From Eledone cirrhosa (lineage: Eukaryota): a DNA stretch of 64,000 nt. Positions within the stretch are counted from its first letter, which is position 1; each line of letters begins with the position of its first letter. The translations under genes were made by a program, and so were the position numbers. Of the stretch, positions 13,701 to 27,079 are shown piece by piece. The notes below the pieces were generated by a model, which was not told the origin of the DNA, did no database searches, and saw only the letters and a program-made list of their open reading frames with translations. The stretch spans positions 6,510,001-6,574,000 of the forward strand of contig OZ024765.1 in NCBI GenBank assembly GCA_964016885.1, in the 5' to 3' direction.

Positions 13701-16700
13701 AATAATTCTGTCATGTAATGTTATGGCTATTTCTGCCCCTTTGGCAAATAACTGCCATGTAATGTTATGGTCATCTCTGCCCCTGTGGCTAATACTGTCA
13801 TGTAATGTTATGGACATCTCTGCCCCTGTGGCTAATACTGTCATGTAATGTTATGGACATCTCTGCCCCTGTGGCTAATAATTCTGTCATGTAATGTTAT
13901 GGTCATGTCTGCCCCTGTGGCTAATAATTCTGTCATGTAATGTTATGGACATCTCTGCCCCTGTGGCTAATAATTCTGTCATGTAATGTTATGGACATCT
14001 CTGCCCCTGTGGCTAATACTGTCATGTAATGTTATGGACATCTCTGCCCCTGTGGCTAATAATTCTGTCATGTAATGTTATGGACATCTCTGCCCCTGTG
14101 GCTAATACTGTCATGTAATGTTATGGACATCTCTGCCCCTGTGGCTAATAATTCTGTCATGTAATGTTATGGACATCTCTGCCCTTGTGGCTAATACTGT
14201 CATGTAATGTTATGGACATCTCTGCCCCTTTGGCTAATAATTCTGTCATGTAATGTTATGGACATCTCTGCCCCTGTGGCTAATACTGTCATGTAATGTT
14301 ATGGACATCTCTGCCCCTGTGGCTAATAATTCTGTCGTGTAATATTATGGACATATCTGCCCCTTTGGCTAATAATTCTGTCATGTAATGTTATGGACAT
14401 ATCTGCCCCTGTTGCTAATAATTCTGTCATGTAATGTTATGGACATATCTGCCCCTTTGGCTAATAATTCTGTCATGTAATGTTATGGTCATGTCTGCCC
14501 CTGTGGCTAATAATTCTGTCATGTAATGTTATGGACATCTCTGCCCCTGTGGCTAATACTGTCATGTAATGTTATGGCTGTCTCTGCCCCTTTGGCTAAT
14601 AATTCTGTCATGTAATGTTATGGACATCTCTGCCCCTGTGGCAAATAATTCTGTCATGTAATGTTATGGACATCTCTGCCCCTGTGGCTAATAAATCTGT
14701 CATGTAATGTTATGGACATCTCTGCCCCTGTGGCTAATAATTCTGTCATGTAATGTTATGGACATCTCTGCCCCTGTGGCTAATAATTCTGTCATGTAAT
14801 GTTATCGACATCTCTGCCCCTGTGGCTAATAATTCTGTCATGTAATGTTATGGATATCTCTGCCCCTGTGGCTAATAATTCTGTCATGTAATGTTATGGA
14901 CATATCTGCCCCTGTGGCTAATAATTCTGTCATGTAATGTTATGGTCATCTCTGCCCCTGTGGCTAATAATTCTGTCATGTAATGTTGTGGTCATCTCTG
15001 CCCCTGTGGCTAATAATTCTGTCATGTAATGTTATGGACATCTCTGCCCCTGTGGCTAATAATTCTGGCATGTAATGTTATGGACATATCTGCCCCTGTG
15101 GCTAATAATTCTGTCATGTAATGTTATGGTCATCTCTGCCCCTGTGGCTAATAATTCTGTCATGTAATGTTATGGTCATATCTGCCCCTGTGGCTAATAA
15201 TTCTGTTATGTAATGTTATGGTCATCTCTGCCCCTGTGGCTAATAATTCTGTCATGTAATGTTATGGTCATCTCTGCCCCTGTGGCTAATAATTCTGTCA
15301 TGTAACGTTATGGACATCTCTGCCCCTGTGGCTAATAATTCTGTCATGTAATGTTATGGACATCTCTGCCCCTGTGGCTAATAATTCTGTCATGTAATGT
15401 TATGGACATCTCTGCCTCTGTGGCTAATACTGTCATGTAATGTTATGGACATATCTGCCCCTGTGGCTAATAATTCTGTCATGTAATGTTATGGACATCT
15501 CTGCCCCTGTGGCTAATAATTCTGTCATGTAATGTTATGGACATCTCTGCCCCTGTGGCTAATAATTCTGTCATGTAATGTTATGGACATCTCTGCCCAT
15601 GTGGCTAATAATTCTGTCATGTAATGTTATGGACATCTCTGCCCCTGTGGCTAATAATTCTGTCATGTAATGTTATGGTCATCTCTGCCCCTGTGGCTAA
15701 TAATTCTGTCATGTAATGTTATGGACATCTCTGCCCCTGTGGCTAATAATTCTGTCATGTAATGTTATGGATATCTCTGCCCCTGTGGCTAATAATTCTG
15801 TCATGTAATGTTATGGACATCTCTGCCCCTGTGGCTAATAATTCTGTCATGTAATGTTTTGCATATCTCTGCCCCTGTGGCTAATAATTGTGTCATGTAA
15901 TGTTATGGACATATCTGCCCCTTTGGCTAATAATTCTGTCATGTAATGTTCTGGACATCTCTGCCCCTGTGGCTAATAATTCTGTCATGTAATGTTATGG
16001 ACATCTCTGCCCCTGTGGCTAATAAATCTGTCATGTAATGTTATGGACATCTCTGCCCCTGTGGCTAATAGTTCTGTCATGTAATGTTATGGACATATCT
16101 GCCCCTTTGGCTAATAATTCTGTCGTAATGTTATGGACATCTCTGCCCCTGTGGCTAATAATTCTCTCATGTAATGTTATGGACATCTCTGCCCCTGTGG
16201 CTAATAATTCTGTCATGTAATGTTATGGACATCTCTGCCCCTGTGGCTAATAATTCTGTCATGTAATGTTATGGACATCTCTGCCCCTGTGGCTAATAAT
16301 TCTGTCATGTAATGTTATGGACATCTCTGCCCCTGTGGCTAATAATTCTGTCATGTAATGTTATGGTCATCTCTGCCCCTGTGGCTAATAATTCTGTCAT
16401 GTAATGTCATGGACATATCTGCCCCTATGGCTAATAATTCTGTCATGTAATGTTATGGACATCTCTGCCCCTGTGGCTAATAATTCTGTCATGTAATGTT
16501 ATGGACATATCTGCCCCTTTGGCTAATAATTCTGTCATGTAATGTTATGGACATATCTGCCCCTGTGGCTAATAATTCTGTCATGTAATGTTATGGACAT
16601 CTGTCATGTAATGTTATGGTCATCTCTGCCCCTGTGGCTAATAATTCTGTCATGTAATGTTATGGTCATCTCTGCCCCTGTGGCTAATAATTCTGTCATG

Positions 16701-17622
16701 TAATGTTATGGACATCTCTGCCCCTGTGGCTAATAATTCTGTCATGTAATGTTATGGTCATCTCTGCCCCTGCGGCTAATAATTCTGTCATGTAATGTTA
16801 TGGACATCTCTGCCCCTTTGTTTAATAATTCTGTCATGTAATGTTATGGACATCTCTGCCCCTGTGGCTAATAATTCTGTCATGTAATGTTATGGACATA
16901 TCTGCCTCTGTGGCTAATACTGTCATGTAATGTTATGGACATATCTGCCCCTGTGGCTAATAATTCTGTCATGTAATGTTATGGTCATCTCTGCCCCTGT
17001 GGCTAATAATTATGTCATGTAATGTTATGGTTATCTCTGCTCCTTTGGCTAATAATTCTGTCATGTAATGTTATGGTCATGTCTGCCCCTGTGGCTAATA
17101 ACTGCCACGTAATGTTATGGACATATTTGCCCCTGTGGTTAATAACTCTGTCATGTAATGTTATGGTCATCTCTGCCCCTGTGGCTAATAATTCTGTCAT
17201 GTAATGTTATGGACATCTCTGCCCCTGTGGCTAATAATTCTGTCATGTAATGTTATGGACATCTCTGCCCCTGTGGCTAATAATTCTGTCATGTAATGTT
17301 ATGGACATCTCTGCCCCTGTGGCTAATAATTCTGTCATGTAATGTTATGGTCATCTCTGCCCCTGTGGCTAATAATTCTGTCATGTAATGTTATGGACAT
17401 CTCTGCCCCTGTGGCTAATAATTCTGTCATGTAATGTTATGGACATCTCTGCCCCTGTGGCTAATAATTCTGTCATGTAATGTTATGGACATCTCTGCCC
17501 CTGTGGCTAATAATTCTGTCATGTAATGTTATGGACATCTCTGCCTCTGTGGCTAATAACTCTGCCATGTTATGGCTAAGCTATCTCTGCTCCCCTGGCT
17601 AATATTGTCATGTAATGTTATG
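1799..17622. repeat. 46-bp tandem satellite, ~15.8 kb (~340 copies)
   Basis: unit gtcatgtaatgttatggacatctctgcccctgtggctaataattct, with recurrent variants (43-bp deletion form, gac/gtc/gtt, ctc/atc/gtc). Confidence 0.99.
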
Positions 17623-17884
17623 AATTTTCTTTGCCGGTTTGGAAAATACGGTCTAGCTGAGCTGTTATTTCCAGCATTTGTATTGATCACGTAAATATCC
17701 ACTCCTGAGGTTAAAAGTTTTCAAGGTAAATAACTCTTTTAGATAAAACAAATACATCACCGCTCCAACTCTTTCAGAATTATCTTCCTTTGACTATAAA
17801 ATTGTCGTGAATCAACTAAAATTTATATCATGGAGTTTGTTTCCTTATAACTTACTTAATTTTTTTTTCCTCTTCTTCATCACC

Positions 17885-18145
17885 CACTTATTCCTGAGAG
17901 GGTCGTGGGGACAGAGTCCTCAAACACTCCTCCCAGCAGGTCCTGTCAGAAGCAGCCGTCTCCAGCTGATCCGACTGGATTCCCCAAGCGAGACCAGCTA
18001 AGATCATGGATGTTATCCAACCATCTTGTTCGAGGTCTACCACTGGGTCTCCTCCTTGTTGGTTTTGCCCGTAAAATCTGTCCAGTGATTCTTTCCTGAG
18101 ACATTCTAACCACATGTCCATAGTATCAGAGCTGTGATCTCTCAA
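17885..18145 (-). mobile_element. RTE-clade LINE ORF2 C-terminal fragment
   Basis: minus-strand reading YYGHVVRMSQERITGQILRAKPTRRRPSGRPRTRWLDNI, the RTE 'GHVxRM...GRPRxRW' motif. Confidence 0.8.
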
Positions 18146-19597
18146 TTCAGAGAAGTAGCAGCTCTACCTGGAGTGACTCTCTGATCTCTGAGCTACAAAT
18201 ATGTCCAGTGATTCTTTCCTGAGACATTCTAACCACATGTCCATAGTATCAGAGCTGTGATCTCTCAATTCAGAGAAGTAGCAGCTCTACCTGGAGTGAC
18301 TCTCTGATCTCTGAGCTACAAATATGTCCAGTGATTCTTTCCTGAGACATTCTAACCACATGTCCATAGTATCAGAGCTGTGATCTCTCAATTCAGAGAA
18401 GTAGCAGCTCTACCTGGAGTGATTCTCTGATCTCTGAGCTACAAATATGTCCAGTGATTCTTTCCTGAGACATTCTAACCACATGTCCATAGTATCAGAG
18501 CTGTGATCTCTCAATTCAGAGAAGTAGCAGCTCTACCTGGAGTGATTCTCTGATCTCTGAGCTACAAATATGTCCAGTGATTCTTTCCTGAGACATTCTA
18601 ACCACATGTCCATAGTATCAGAGCTGTGATCTCTCAATTCAGAGAAGTAGCAGCTCTACCTGGAGTGATTCTCTGATCTCTGAGCTACAAATATGTCCAG
18701 TGATTCTTTCCTGAGACATTCTAACCACATGTCCATAGTATCAGAGCTGTGATCTCTCAATTCAGAGAAGTAGCAGCTCTACCTGGAGTGATTCTCTGAT
18801 CTCTGAGCTACAAATATGTCCAGTGATTCTTTCCTGAGACATTCTAACCACATGTCCATAGTATCAGAGCTGTGATCTCTCAATTCAGAGAAGTAGCAGC
18901 TCTACCTGGAGTGATTCTCTGATCTCTGAGCTACAAATATGTCCAGTGATTCTTTCCTGAGACATTCTAACCACATGTCCATAGTATCAGAGCTGTGATC
19001 TCTCAATTCAGAGAAGTAGCAGCTCTACCTGGAGTGATTCTCTGATCTCTGAGCTACAAATATGTCCAGTGATTCTTTCCTGAGACATTCTAACCACATG
19101 TCCATAGTATCAGAGCTGTGATCTCTCAATTCAGAGAAGTAGCAGCTCTACCTGGAGTGATTCTCTGATCTCTGAGCTACAAATATGTCCAGTGATTCTT
19201 TCTTGAGACATTCTAACCACATGTCCATAGTATCAGAGCTGTGATCTCTCAATTCAGAGAAGTAGCAGCTCTACCTGGAGTGATTCTCTGATCTCTGAGC
19301 TACAAATATGTCCAGTGATTCTTTCCTGAGACATTCTAACCACATGTCCATAGTATCAGAGCTGTGATCTCTCAATTCAGAGAAGTAGCAGCTCTACCTG
19401 GAGTGATTCTCTGATCTCTGAGCTACAAATATGTCCAGTGATTCTTTCCTGAGACATTCTAACCACATGTCCATAGTATCAGAGCTGTGATCTCTCAATT
19501 CAGAGAAGTAGCAGCTCTACCTGGAGTGATTCTCTGATCTCTGAGCTACAAATATGTCCAGTGATTCTTTCCTGAGACATTCTAACCAAATGTCCAT
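18079..19597. repeat. 123-bp tandem array (12 full copies plus a partial) derived from the RTE fragment
   Basis: tgtccagtgattctttcc recurs at 18079, 18202, 18325 ... 19555; copies almost identical. Confidence 0.97.
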
Positions 19598-19696
19598 ATA
19601 TGGACAAATATATAGTATGATTATCTATCTGCGTAAATTTGCCTGTATATTGTACATAAATATAGAGTATATTCTTTCATATACACCACTATTGAC

Positions 19697-19727
<31 letters not shown>

Positions 19728-19843
19728 TATATAAACAGGGGTGTATATAGTATCTGAAATGAAAGAGTATACTATATATACATATGCAAATATGCACACA
19801 TGTACATACACATAAAATGCTAAAAATGGCAGCGAAATCTCCT

Positions 19844-20882
19844 TTAACCCTTTAAGATTTAAACCGGCTGTATCCAGCCAGAATTACCTTACTGGATCCA
19901 ACACTCATACTTTCCTGGTAAGGAACCCTTTCTGGATCCCCATCAACAGGCTTCGATACTCGGTTCAAGTCACTTTGACATAACCGGCCATATCCGGCCA
20001 GAATTCTCTCACCTCTTCCTGTTCAAACTGGCTGTAACTGGCCACAAAAATATAATAGTAAATGTAGAGTAATGTAAATACCAAAGGGTTAAACCGGCCA
20101 TATCAGGCCAGAATTCCCTCACCACTTTCTGTTCAAACCAGCCATAACTGGCCACTCATACTGATGTTAAGGCAGTCATTCCCAACCTTTTCTGCCCCAT
20201 GCCCCACCTCAACATCTTAAACATTTTTATGCCCCTGTTTGAGATGAAAATAGCGATGATAAACTACAAAGTGTAAATAAATTGGTGTATGGGTGATGCC
20301 AGATGTACAATAACATGTGGAGGAGGTGAGACAGGAGTTGCTGACAGTAATGTCTACCAAAGTTGCCTTGGCGTATAAGTAATAAGGTAACATCATTTTC
20401 AAACTGCCCCCTGTAGGGTGTGCGCCCCACGTTAGGAATCAGTGTTAAGGTATTGTTCTCAAAATGACTATCAAAATCTCATAGATTCGATATTATGTGA
20501 GATAATTATGTAAGGTAAAGCCTTTACCATGAAAATACAATAGTATTTATATAGAGTAACGTAGATATTATGTGAGGTAAAGCTTTTATCATGAAAATAC
20601 AATAGTATTTATATAGAGTAACGTAGATATTATGTAAGGTAAAGCCTTTACCATGAAAATATAATAGTAAATATAGAGTAATGTAGATATTATGTGAGGT
20701 AAAGTCTTTACCATGAAAATATAATAGTATATATAGAGTAATGTAGATATTATGTGAGGTAAAGCCTTTACCATGAAAATATAATAGTAAATATAGAGTA
20801 ATATAGATATTATGTGAGGTAAAGCCTTTACCATGAAAATATAATAGTAAATATAGAGTAATGTAAATGCTAAAAGGTTAAA
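19844..20882. mobile_element. Cluster of TTAA-flanked (piggyBac-like) MITEs with an internal 60-bp tandem expansion (~20540-20865)
   Basis: termini ttaacccttta.. / ..aaagggttaa and ..aaaaggttaa; same family as 21274-21789, 31820-32008, 53915-54500 and 61034-62532. Confidence 0.7.
20173..20442. mobile_element. hAT-like MITE nested in the piggyBac-like MITE
   Basis: 8-bp direct repeat tgttaagg at 20165-20172 and 20443-20450; imperfect TIRs cagtcattcccaacc / gttaggaatcag. Confidence 0.65.
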
Positions 20883-21273
20883 TCACACCACACATTGCCT
20901 TAAAACCTTCTAGAAATAGCAATCAAATCTCCCTCAAACACATAGAAGAGGCACTGGGGATGATTTAAATACTGGAGAATTCCGTAAACAAATCAAATGA
21001 TAACAATTTACATGGATTTATAAAAATATATCTATTTTACAGTATTTTAAATAAATAGTAGGGTTTTTAAAAACACACCGTATATATTCTCTTAATAGTA
21101 AACTTCTCTCAGCATTTAACTCATAATAATTGTGTAAATAAATTATTATATGCAAGAAATAGAGGTTAAAAATATTTCCTTACCAATCTTTGGTCAATAA
21201 ATCAAAATGGAGTATTTGCAATGTGTCAGCAAATTATCAACACTATTGCATGATGGGAAATTTTGTTTTAAGA

Positions 21274-21789
21274 TTAACTCTTTAGTATTTACATTACTCT
21301 GTATATACTATTGTATTTTCATGGTAAAGGTTTTATTTCACATATCTCACATAATATTGAATCTGAGATTTTGATATTTATTTTAAGAACAATACCTTAA
21401 TATAAATATAAGCAGCTGGTTATAGCTGGTTTTAACAGAAAAAGGTGAGAGAATTCTGGCCGGATATGACCGGTTTAACCCTTTATCATTTACATTACTC
21501 AATATTTACTATTGTATTTTTGTAGTAAAAGCTTTATCTCACAGAATATCGAATCTATGAGATTTTGATATTATTTATTTTGAGTACAATACCTCAACAT
21601 AAGTATGAGCAGCCAGTTATGGCCAGTTTGAACAGAAAGAAGTGAGAGAATTCTGGCTGGATACAGCCAATTTGAACCTTTTAGCATTTATATTACTCTA
21701 TATTTACTATTATATTTTTGTGGCCAGTTACAGAAAGAGGTGAGAGAATTCTGGCTGGATATGGCTGGTTTAAATGCTAAAGGGGTTAA
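21274..21789. mobile_element. Three tandem piggyBac-like MITE copies
   Basis: ttaactctttagtatttacattactc ... ggtttaaatgctaaaggggttaa, with shared internal ends. Confidence 0.7.
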
Positions 21790-22057
21790 GTCAAAGTGAC
21801 TTGAACCGAGTATCAAAGCCTGCTGATGTAGATCCAGAAGTGGTTCCTTACCGGGAAAGTACGAGCGTTGGATCCAGTAAGGTTGGTCGTGATGATGGTG
21901 AAACAGTACATATGATTTCTAAGTCTGCAGGTTAAAGGGTCAGGGAGGAGAGCAGAGTGTGTCAAGGGGGTCGTGGAAGAGGGCAGAGTGTGTTAGAGGG
22001 TCAAACTAGATACGACAAAAGAGATGAAACGCTGATTGTCCACTGAAGGGTAATCAG

Positions 22058-22332
22058 AGGTGGCCTTGTGGTAAGTGTGTTTGGCTTATGATCATAATGT
22101 CGTGGGTTCAATTCCTGGACTGCATTGTGTTGTGTTCTTGAGCAAAACACTTCATTTCATGTTGCTCCAGTATACTCAGCTGAAAATGAATACCAGCAAT
22201 AGATGGGGAGTTTAACCCTGCAATGGACTACCGTCCTGTCCAGGGGTTGAGTCTTATATTTTCAACCACTTCATGTCATTGAAACTGTGATATGCACCAG
22301 CCTGATGAACTCCTGGGCTTCAGACACTTTAG
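22058..22332 (+). mobile_element. tRNA-derived CORE-type SINE
   Basis: A-box tggccttgtggtaag, B-box ggttcaattcc, core gtgttcttgagcaaaacacttcatttcatgttgctccag; relatives at ~32205-32345(-), 32640-32785(-), 55360-55503(-) and 60450-60725(+). Confidence 0.75.
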
Positions 22333-23064
22333 TTTTTTTTTTTTATTATAGTGGGGGAAGGGCAATGGTGTGATTAGCTCCATACATCCTTTAAGGCCTC
22401 CATGCTTCCCGAGATCCGCCAACAGAACAGCTAACACATACACACATGTACTTCCCTGACATTTGTGTATTATTCTATGTACTATATTGACGAGTTGTAG
22501 TGCACCTGAGCACTTTACACAATAATTTCATTATTATGAACACTGGTAATGGCAGTAGGGGCTGCCCATGCCCAGTATAAAGCCTACCCATGTTTTTGAT
22601 CTGAGTTTCAAAATCTAAGTCTCGATTACTACAATGGTCAGCTGAAAATTTCATAGACTGACCAAGATACCCTCATGGAATGACCAAATGAGGTTTATTT
22701 TTCAACATAGTCCCTGGAAAGAAATAATGCAGTTATTAATAAGAAGAGTTGAAACTAATGCCTGCAAGATTTCACAGCTCTAGTATCAATCCACAGGTGA
22801 TGCGGAGGGGGGGGTCGGTGTGACTGAAACCTGAAGAAAAAAAAATGATAGAAAAGCAACTAATGTAAAAAATTTAATTATGAAAAAAAAAAATGATGAT
22901 TAACAACACAAATTATTTATTTATTTATTTCTCATTAAAATTCCTTTTTTTAAATTAATTAATTATATTATATATATATATAAAAAAAAAACAAATTAGA
23001 AAGAATAAAAATACAACAAAACGACACATTTTTGTTTAATTAAAAAAAAAAAGTTTAAAGGAAC

Positions 23065-23490
23065 TGATCATCAGATCGGACCAAGGAGACAGTGTTTCCA
23101 TTGGTCTTTCCATTGCTGTTAATATCAGCTGATCATCAGATCGGACCAAGGAGACAGTGTTTCCATTGGTCTTTCCATTGCTGTTAATATCAGCTGATCA
23201 TCAGATCGGACCAAGGAGACAATGTTTCCATTGCTGTTAATATCAGCTGATCATCAGATCGGACCAAGGAGACAATGTTTCCATTGCTGTTAATATCAGT
23301 TGATCATCAGATCGGACCAAGGAGACAATGTTTCCATTGGTCTTTCCATTGCTGTTAATATCAGTTGATCATCAGATCGGACCAAGGAGACAATGTTTCC
23401 ATTGCTGTTACTAGCTGTTGGTTTAACACTTGGCAAAAGAAAGGAGTTGATCATCAGATCGGACCAAGGAAACAACGTTTCCATTGCTAA
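23065..23490. repeat. 65/53-bp minisatellite
   Basis: tgatcatcagatcggaccaaggagac.. at 23065, 23130, 23195, 23248, 23301, 23366; related to the 47275-47755 array. Confidence 0.9.
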
Positions 23491-24222
23491 TACCATCTGC
23501 CGGTGGCAACACCTGGCAGAGGGCAGAAGGAGGCAGGGTTTGAACACAGAAAGCACACAGAACCAAATCAAGTTACTCCACAGAGGATCCCATCCGATTC
23601 CCTTTAACAATTCTGCCAAATCCGGGCTCCTGCCCCCAGTGTATTACTGGTACTTTATTTTTTATTGACCCTCGAAAGGATGAAAGGCAAAGTTGACCTC
23701 AGCGAGGTTTGATCTCAGAGTGCACACAGAGAGAGGGCCAAACTAAATACCGAGGTATTTACTCCGAAACTCTACTGACTCTAGTAAATCATGGCCATTC
23801 ATGAATTAAAACGGGAAATGAAATGATTATTATTTTTTTACGTTTTGTAATTAATTATATATATTTTTATTTTTGTTTTTTTTTTCTTTGATTTTAATTA
23901 ATTTCTTGAATTAATTAATTATATTTTTATATATATATTTTTTTTTATCTTAATATATTTTTCTTTATTCTTAATTAATTTTGTTCATTTTTGTTAGAGC
24001 AGTAAATAATCAAGATGATGAAACACAAACATACATATATATACACACACATGTATACACACATATATACACACATGTATACACACATATATACACATAT
24101 GAGGGAGGTGGCGAGGCAGTTGTGGCTTGGATTGATGTATTTTTCGGGGCTAAAAATAATAAAATACAGATCTTTAAACAAGCTAACAAGTCTCAAGATA
24201 TATTTTATATACATATATATAT

Positions 24223-24268
<46 letters not shown>

Positions 24269-24559
24269 TTAGTGAGCATGTATAAGCATATTTCATAGTC
24301 AAATGACTTCTACAGGATTAAAACAGGGAACAAATGAAACAGGTCTAGTCCTGTAGAAGCTATTTCTGTATATATATATATCATCATCAACTTTTAATGT
24401 CCATTTTCCATGCCAGCATGGGTTAGACGAGTGGCCCTGTTACTGTGGAAAATGGACATTAAACAGTGATGATGATGATGATGATATATACAGAAATAGC
24501 TTAGAAATATGTACCTTCTCATTAAATGTAGATCCCTTTCATTCCTTTTTGGAAACCAT

Positions 24560-24872
24560 TCATATATATTTATATATATATATTTATATATATATATATA
24601 TATTTATATATATGCATGTGTGTGTGTATATATATGTATACATATGTGTGTGTGAGTGTGTGTGTATCTCTATGTATGTGTATGTATATATATTTATATA
24701 TATGCATGTGTGTGTATATATATGTATACATATGTGTGTGAGAGTGTGTGTGTATCTCTGTGTATGTGTATGTATATATATATATATATATATATATGCA
24801 TGTGTGTGTGTGTGTGTATATATATGTATACATGTGTGTGTGAGTGTGTGTGTATCTCTGTGTATGTGTATG

Positions 24873-24903
<31 letters not shown>

Positions 24904-25068
24904 GCATGTGTGTGTGTGTATATATATGTATACATATGTGTGTGAGAGTGTGTGTGTATCTCTGTGTATGTGTATGTATATATATATATATATATTTATA
25001 TATATGCATGTGTGTGTGTATATATATATGTATACATATGTGTGTGTGAGTGTGTGTGTCTCTGTATG

Positions 25069-25103
<35 letters not shown>

Positions 25104-25252
25104 GCATGTGTGTGTGTGTATATATATATGTATACATATGTGTGTGTGAGTGTGTGTGTATCTCTGTATGTATATATATATATATTTATATATATGCATG
25201 TGTGCGTATATATATATACATGTGTGAGTGTGTGTGTATCTCTGTGTATGCA

Positions 25253-25280
<28 letters not shown>
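24560..25280. repeat. Compound (TA)n/(TG)n microsatellite with ~85-100-bp higher-order periodicity
   Basis: repeated tatttatatatatgcatgtgtgtg..gtatacatatgtgtgtgagagtgtgtgtatctc blocks. Confidence 0.9.
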
Positions 25281-25283
<3 letters not shown>

Positions 25284-25284
25284 T

Positions 25285-25560
25285 TCCACTGCAAAGTGGT
25301 CGTGGAGGTGCCACAGCAAAAAAATCACCCACACTGTAAAGTGGACGTGGAGGTGCCACGGAAAAAAAAAAAAAAAAAGCACCCAGCCCTCACTGTAAAT
25401 GAGGTTGGTGTTAGGAAGGGCATCCAGCTGTAGAAATCAAGCCAGAATCAGTTCCCGTATGAGCAAGTCAAGGTCAGCCGAACGGACACTGCCCACAACA
25501 GGACAACCCGTCTAACCCATGCTAGAGTGGAAGAACGGACGTAAAACGGTGATGATGATG
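25285..25560 (+). mobile_element. Nin-domain-type SINE copy
   Basis: cactgtaaatgaggttggtgttaggaagggcatccagctgtagaaa ... aacccatgctagagtggaagaacggacgtaaaacggtgatgatg. Confidence 0.7.
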
Positions 25561-26364
25561 AGTGTGTGTATGTGCGTGTGTATATATATATATAATAAAG
25601 AATCAGGACCCGACAGTTGAGCTCTTGCCATTTTAACAACAGCTAGTTCCAGCCTGGAACTAGCTGTTGAAACAGCAAGAGCTCAGCTGTCGGGTCAAGA
25701 CTCTTTACAATATAGCATACTCTACTACTCCAAGTATCGAGTACTCTATTGAGTACTGGTAAAATTAGTTTCAAACTCATTCCATCTTGATTTACATATA
25801 TATATATACATACATACATATGTGTGTGTGTATATATATATATATATGTATGTCCTGGGTATGACATATATATATATATATATATATATGTCCTGGGTAT
25901 GACATTAAACTACATCCACTGGCAAGGCTCCAGTTCGGGAGTTCAGGAGCTGTGGGGAATGTGGAGTTACCCCTTAGTTGTCATAACTCCCAGGTCTGCT
26001 CTGACCCGGAGTAGTAGTACCTGTTAAGGCCCCATTAATGGGTTAAATAACTACCTTATTCGAGTGGCGCCGGTAAGATATTGTCAGCCATTGAAAAGAA
26101 ATAGGGAATTTTACCTGCCCTAGATATATATATATATATATATATAAAATAAAGTTAAATAAAAGTCAAATGATTAAAATTTAGCTTCGTTTATTACTGC
26201 TATATATATTACAGTGGCTATATATATTTCACTGGGGAACTGGAGCCATATGACTCCAGTTCCTCAGTGAATTAACAACCCAACAAGGAACTGGGCATAT
26301 CAGAGTATTGACAATATTATACACCTAAACAACATATGTACTTGTCTATACCATACTAATTCAA

Positions 26365-26419
26365 ACTGCCTGAAGAGGTCACAGCCAAAGATGGCTGTCA
26401 CTGAAATATATATAGCAGT
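26365..26419 (+). ncRNA. Minimal type I hammerhead ribozyme (intact core)
   Basis: actgc CTGAAGA ggtcacagcc-aaagat-ggctgtcact GAAA tatata TA gcagt; stem I actgc/gcagt; palindromic stem III. Confidence 0.75.
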
Positions 26420-26565
26420 AATAAACGAAGCTAAATTTTAATCATTTGACTTTTATTTAACTTTATTTTACACTACTCCGGAGTAACCAAACCAACCTGC
26501 GCACTTCGTCGAGTGCTCCAGCCTGCATACTGAGGTGTTGGTATACAACCAACATAAACTCAAAA

Positions 26566-26597
<32 letters not shown>

Positions 26598-26817
26598 GTG
26601 AAAAGGGTTTTATTTATACTGTAAATAAAACCCTTTTTGTACAGCCGACCATGTTATTCTTCACTCTTTCACTACTATTACTCCAAGAATGACCTGCATG
26701 AATGACCGGCAAGGAAACCTCTTGTTGAGTCAAACAACGCCATACGTTAAAACTATCTTCAACACAGGGTACTTGCAACCTCTAACTGGATTACCTTAAA
26801 CAATAACTTGTTATCCC

Positions 26818-26860
<43 letters not shown>

Positions 26861-26980
26861 AGTTTATGATTCCAGTTCCTCAATGAAATAACAACCCAAC
26901 AAGGAACTGGGTATATCAGAGTATTGACAATATTATACACCTCAACAACATATGTACTTGTCTATACCATACTAATTCAA

Positions 26981-27035
26981 ACTGCCTGAAGAGGTCACAG
27001 CCAAAGATGGCTGTCACTAAAATATATATAGCAGT
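26981..27035 (+). ncRNA. Second copy of the hammerhead, core mutated (GAAA to AAAA at 27019)
   Basis: identical to 26365-26419 except G to A in the GAAA box. Confidence 0.65.
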
Positions 27036-27079
27036 AATAAACGAAGCTAAATTTTAATCATTTGACTTTTATTTAACTT

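Noticed and set aside
1799-17622. CRISPR-like regular repeats
   Set aside because: Head-to-tail units with no unique spacers, no cas genes, eukaryotic context
22058-22125. tRNA gene
   Set aside because: A/B boxes are present but there is no complete cloverleaf; it continues into a SINE core, so it is a SINE head
23296-23619. 'VRSDD' reading as a candidate CerS terminal exon
   Set aside because: It lies in a tandem repeat also present at 47275; the real terminal exon with a proper acceptor is 31189-31281
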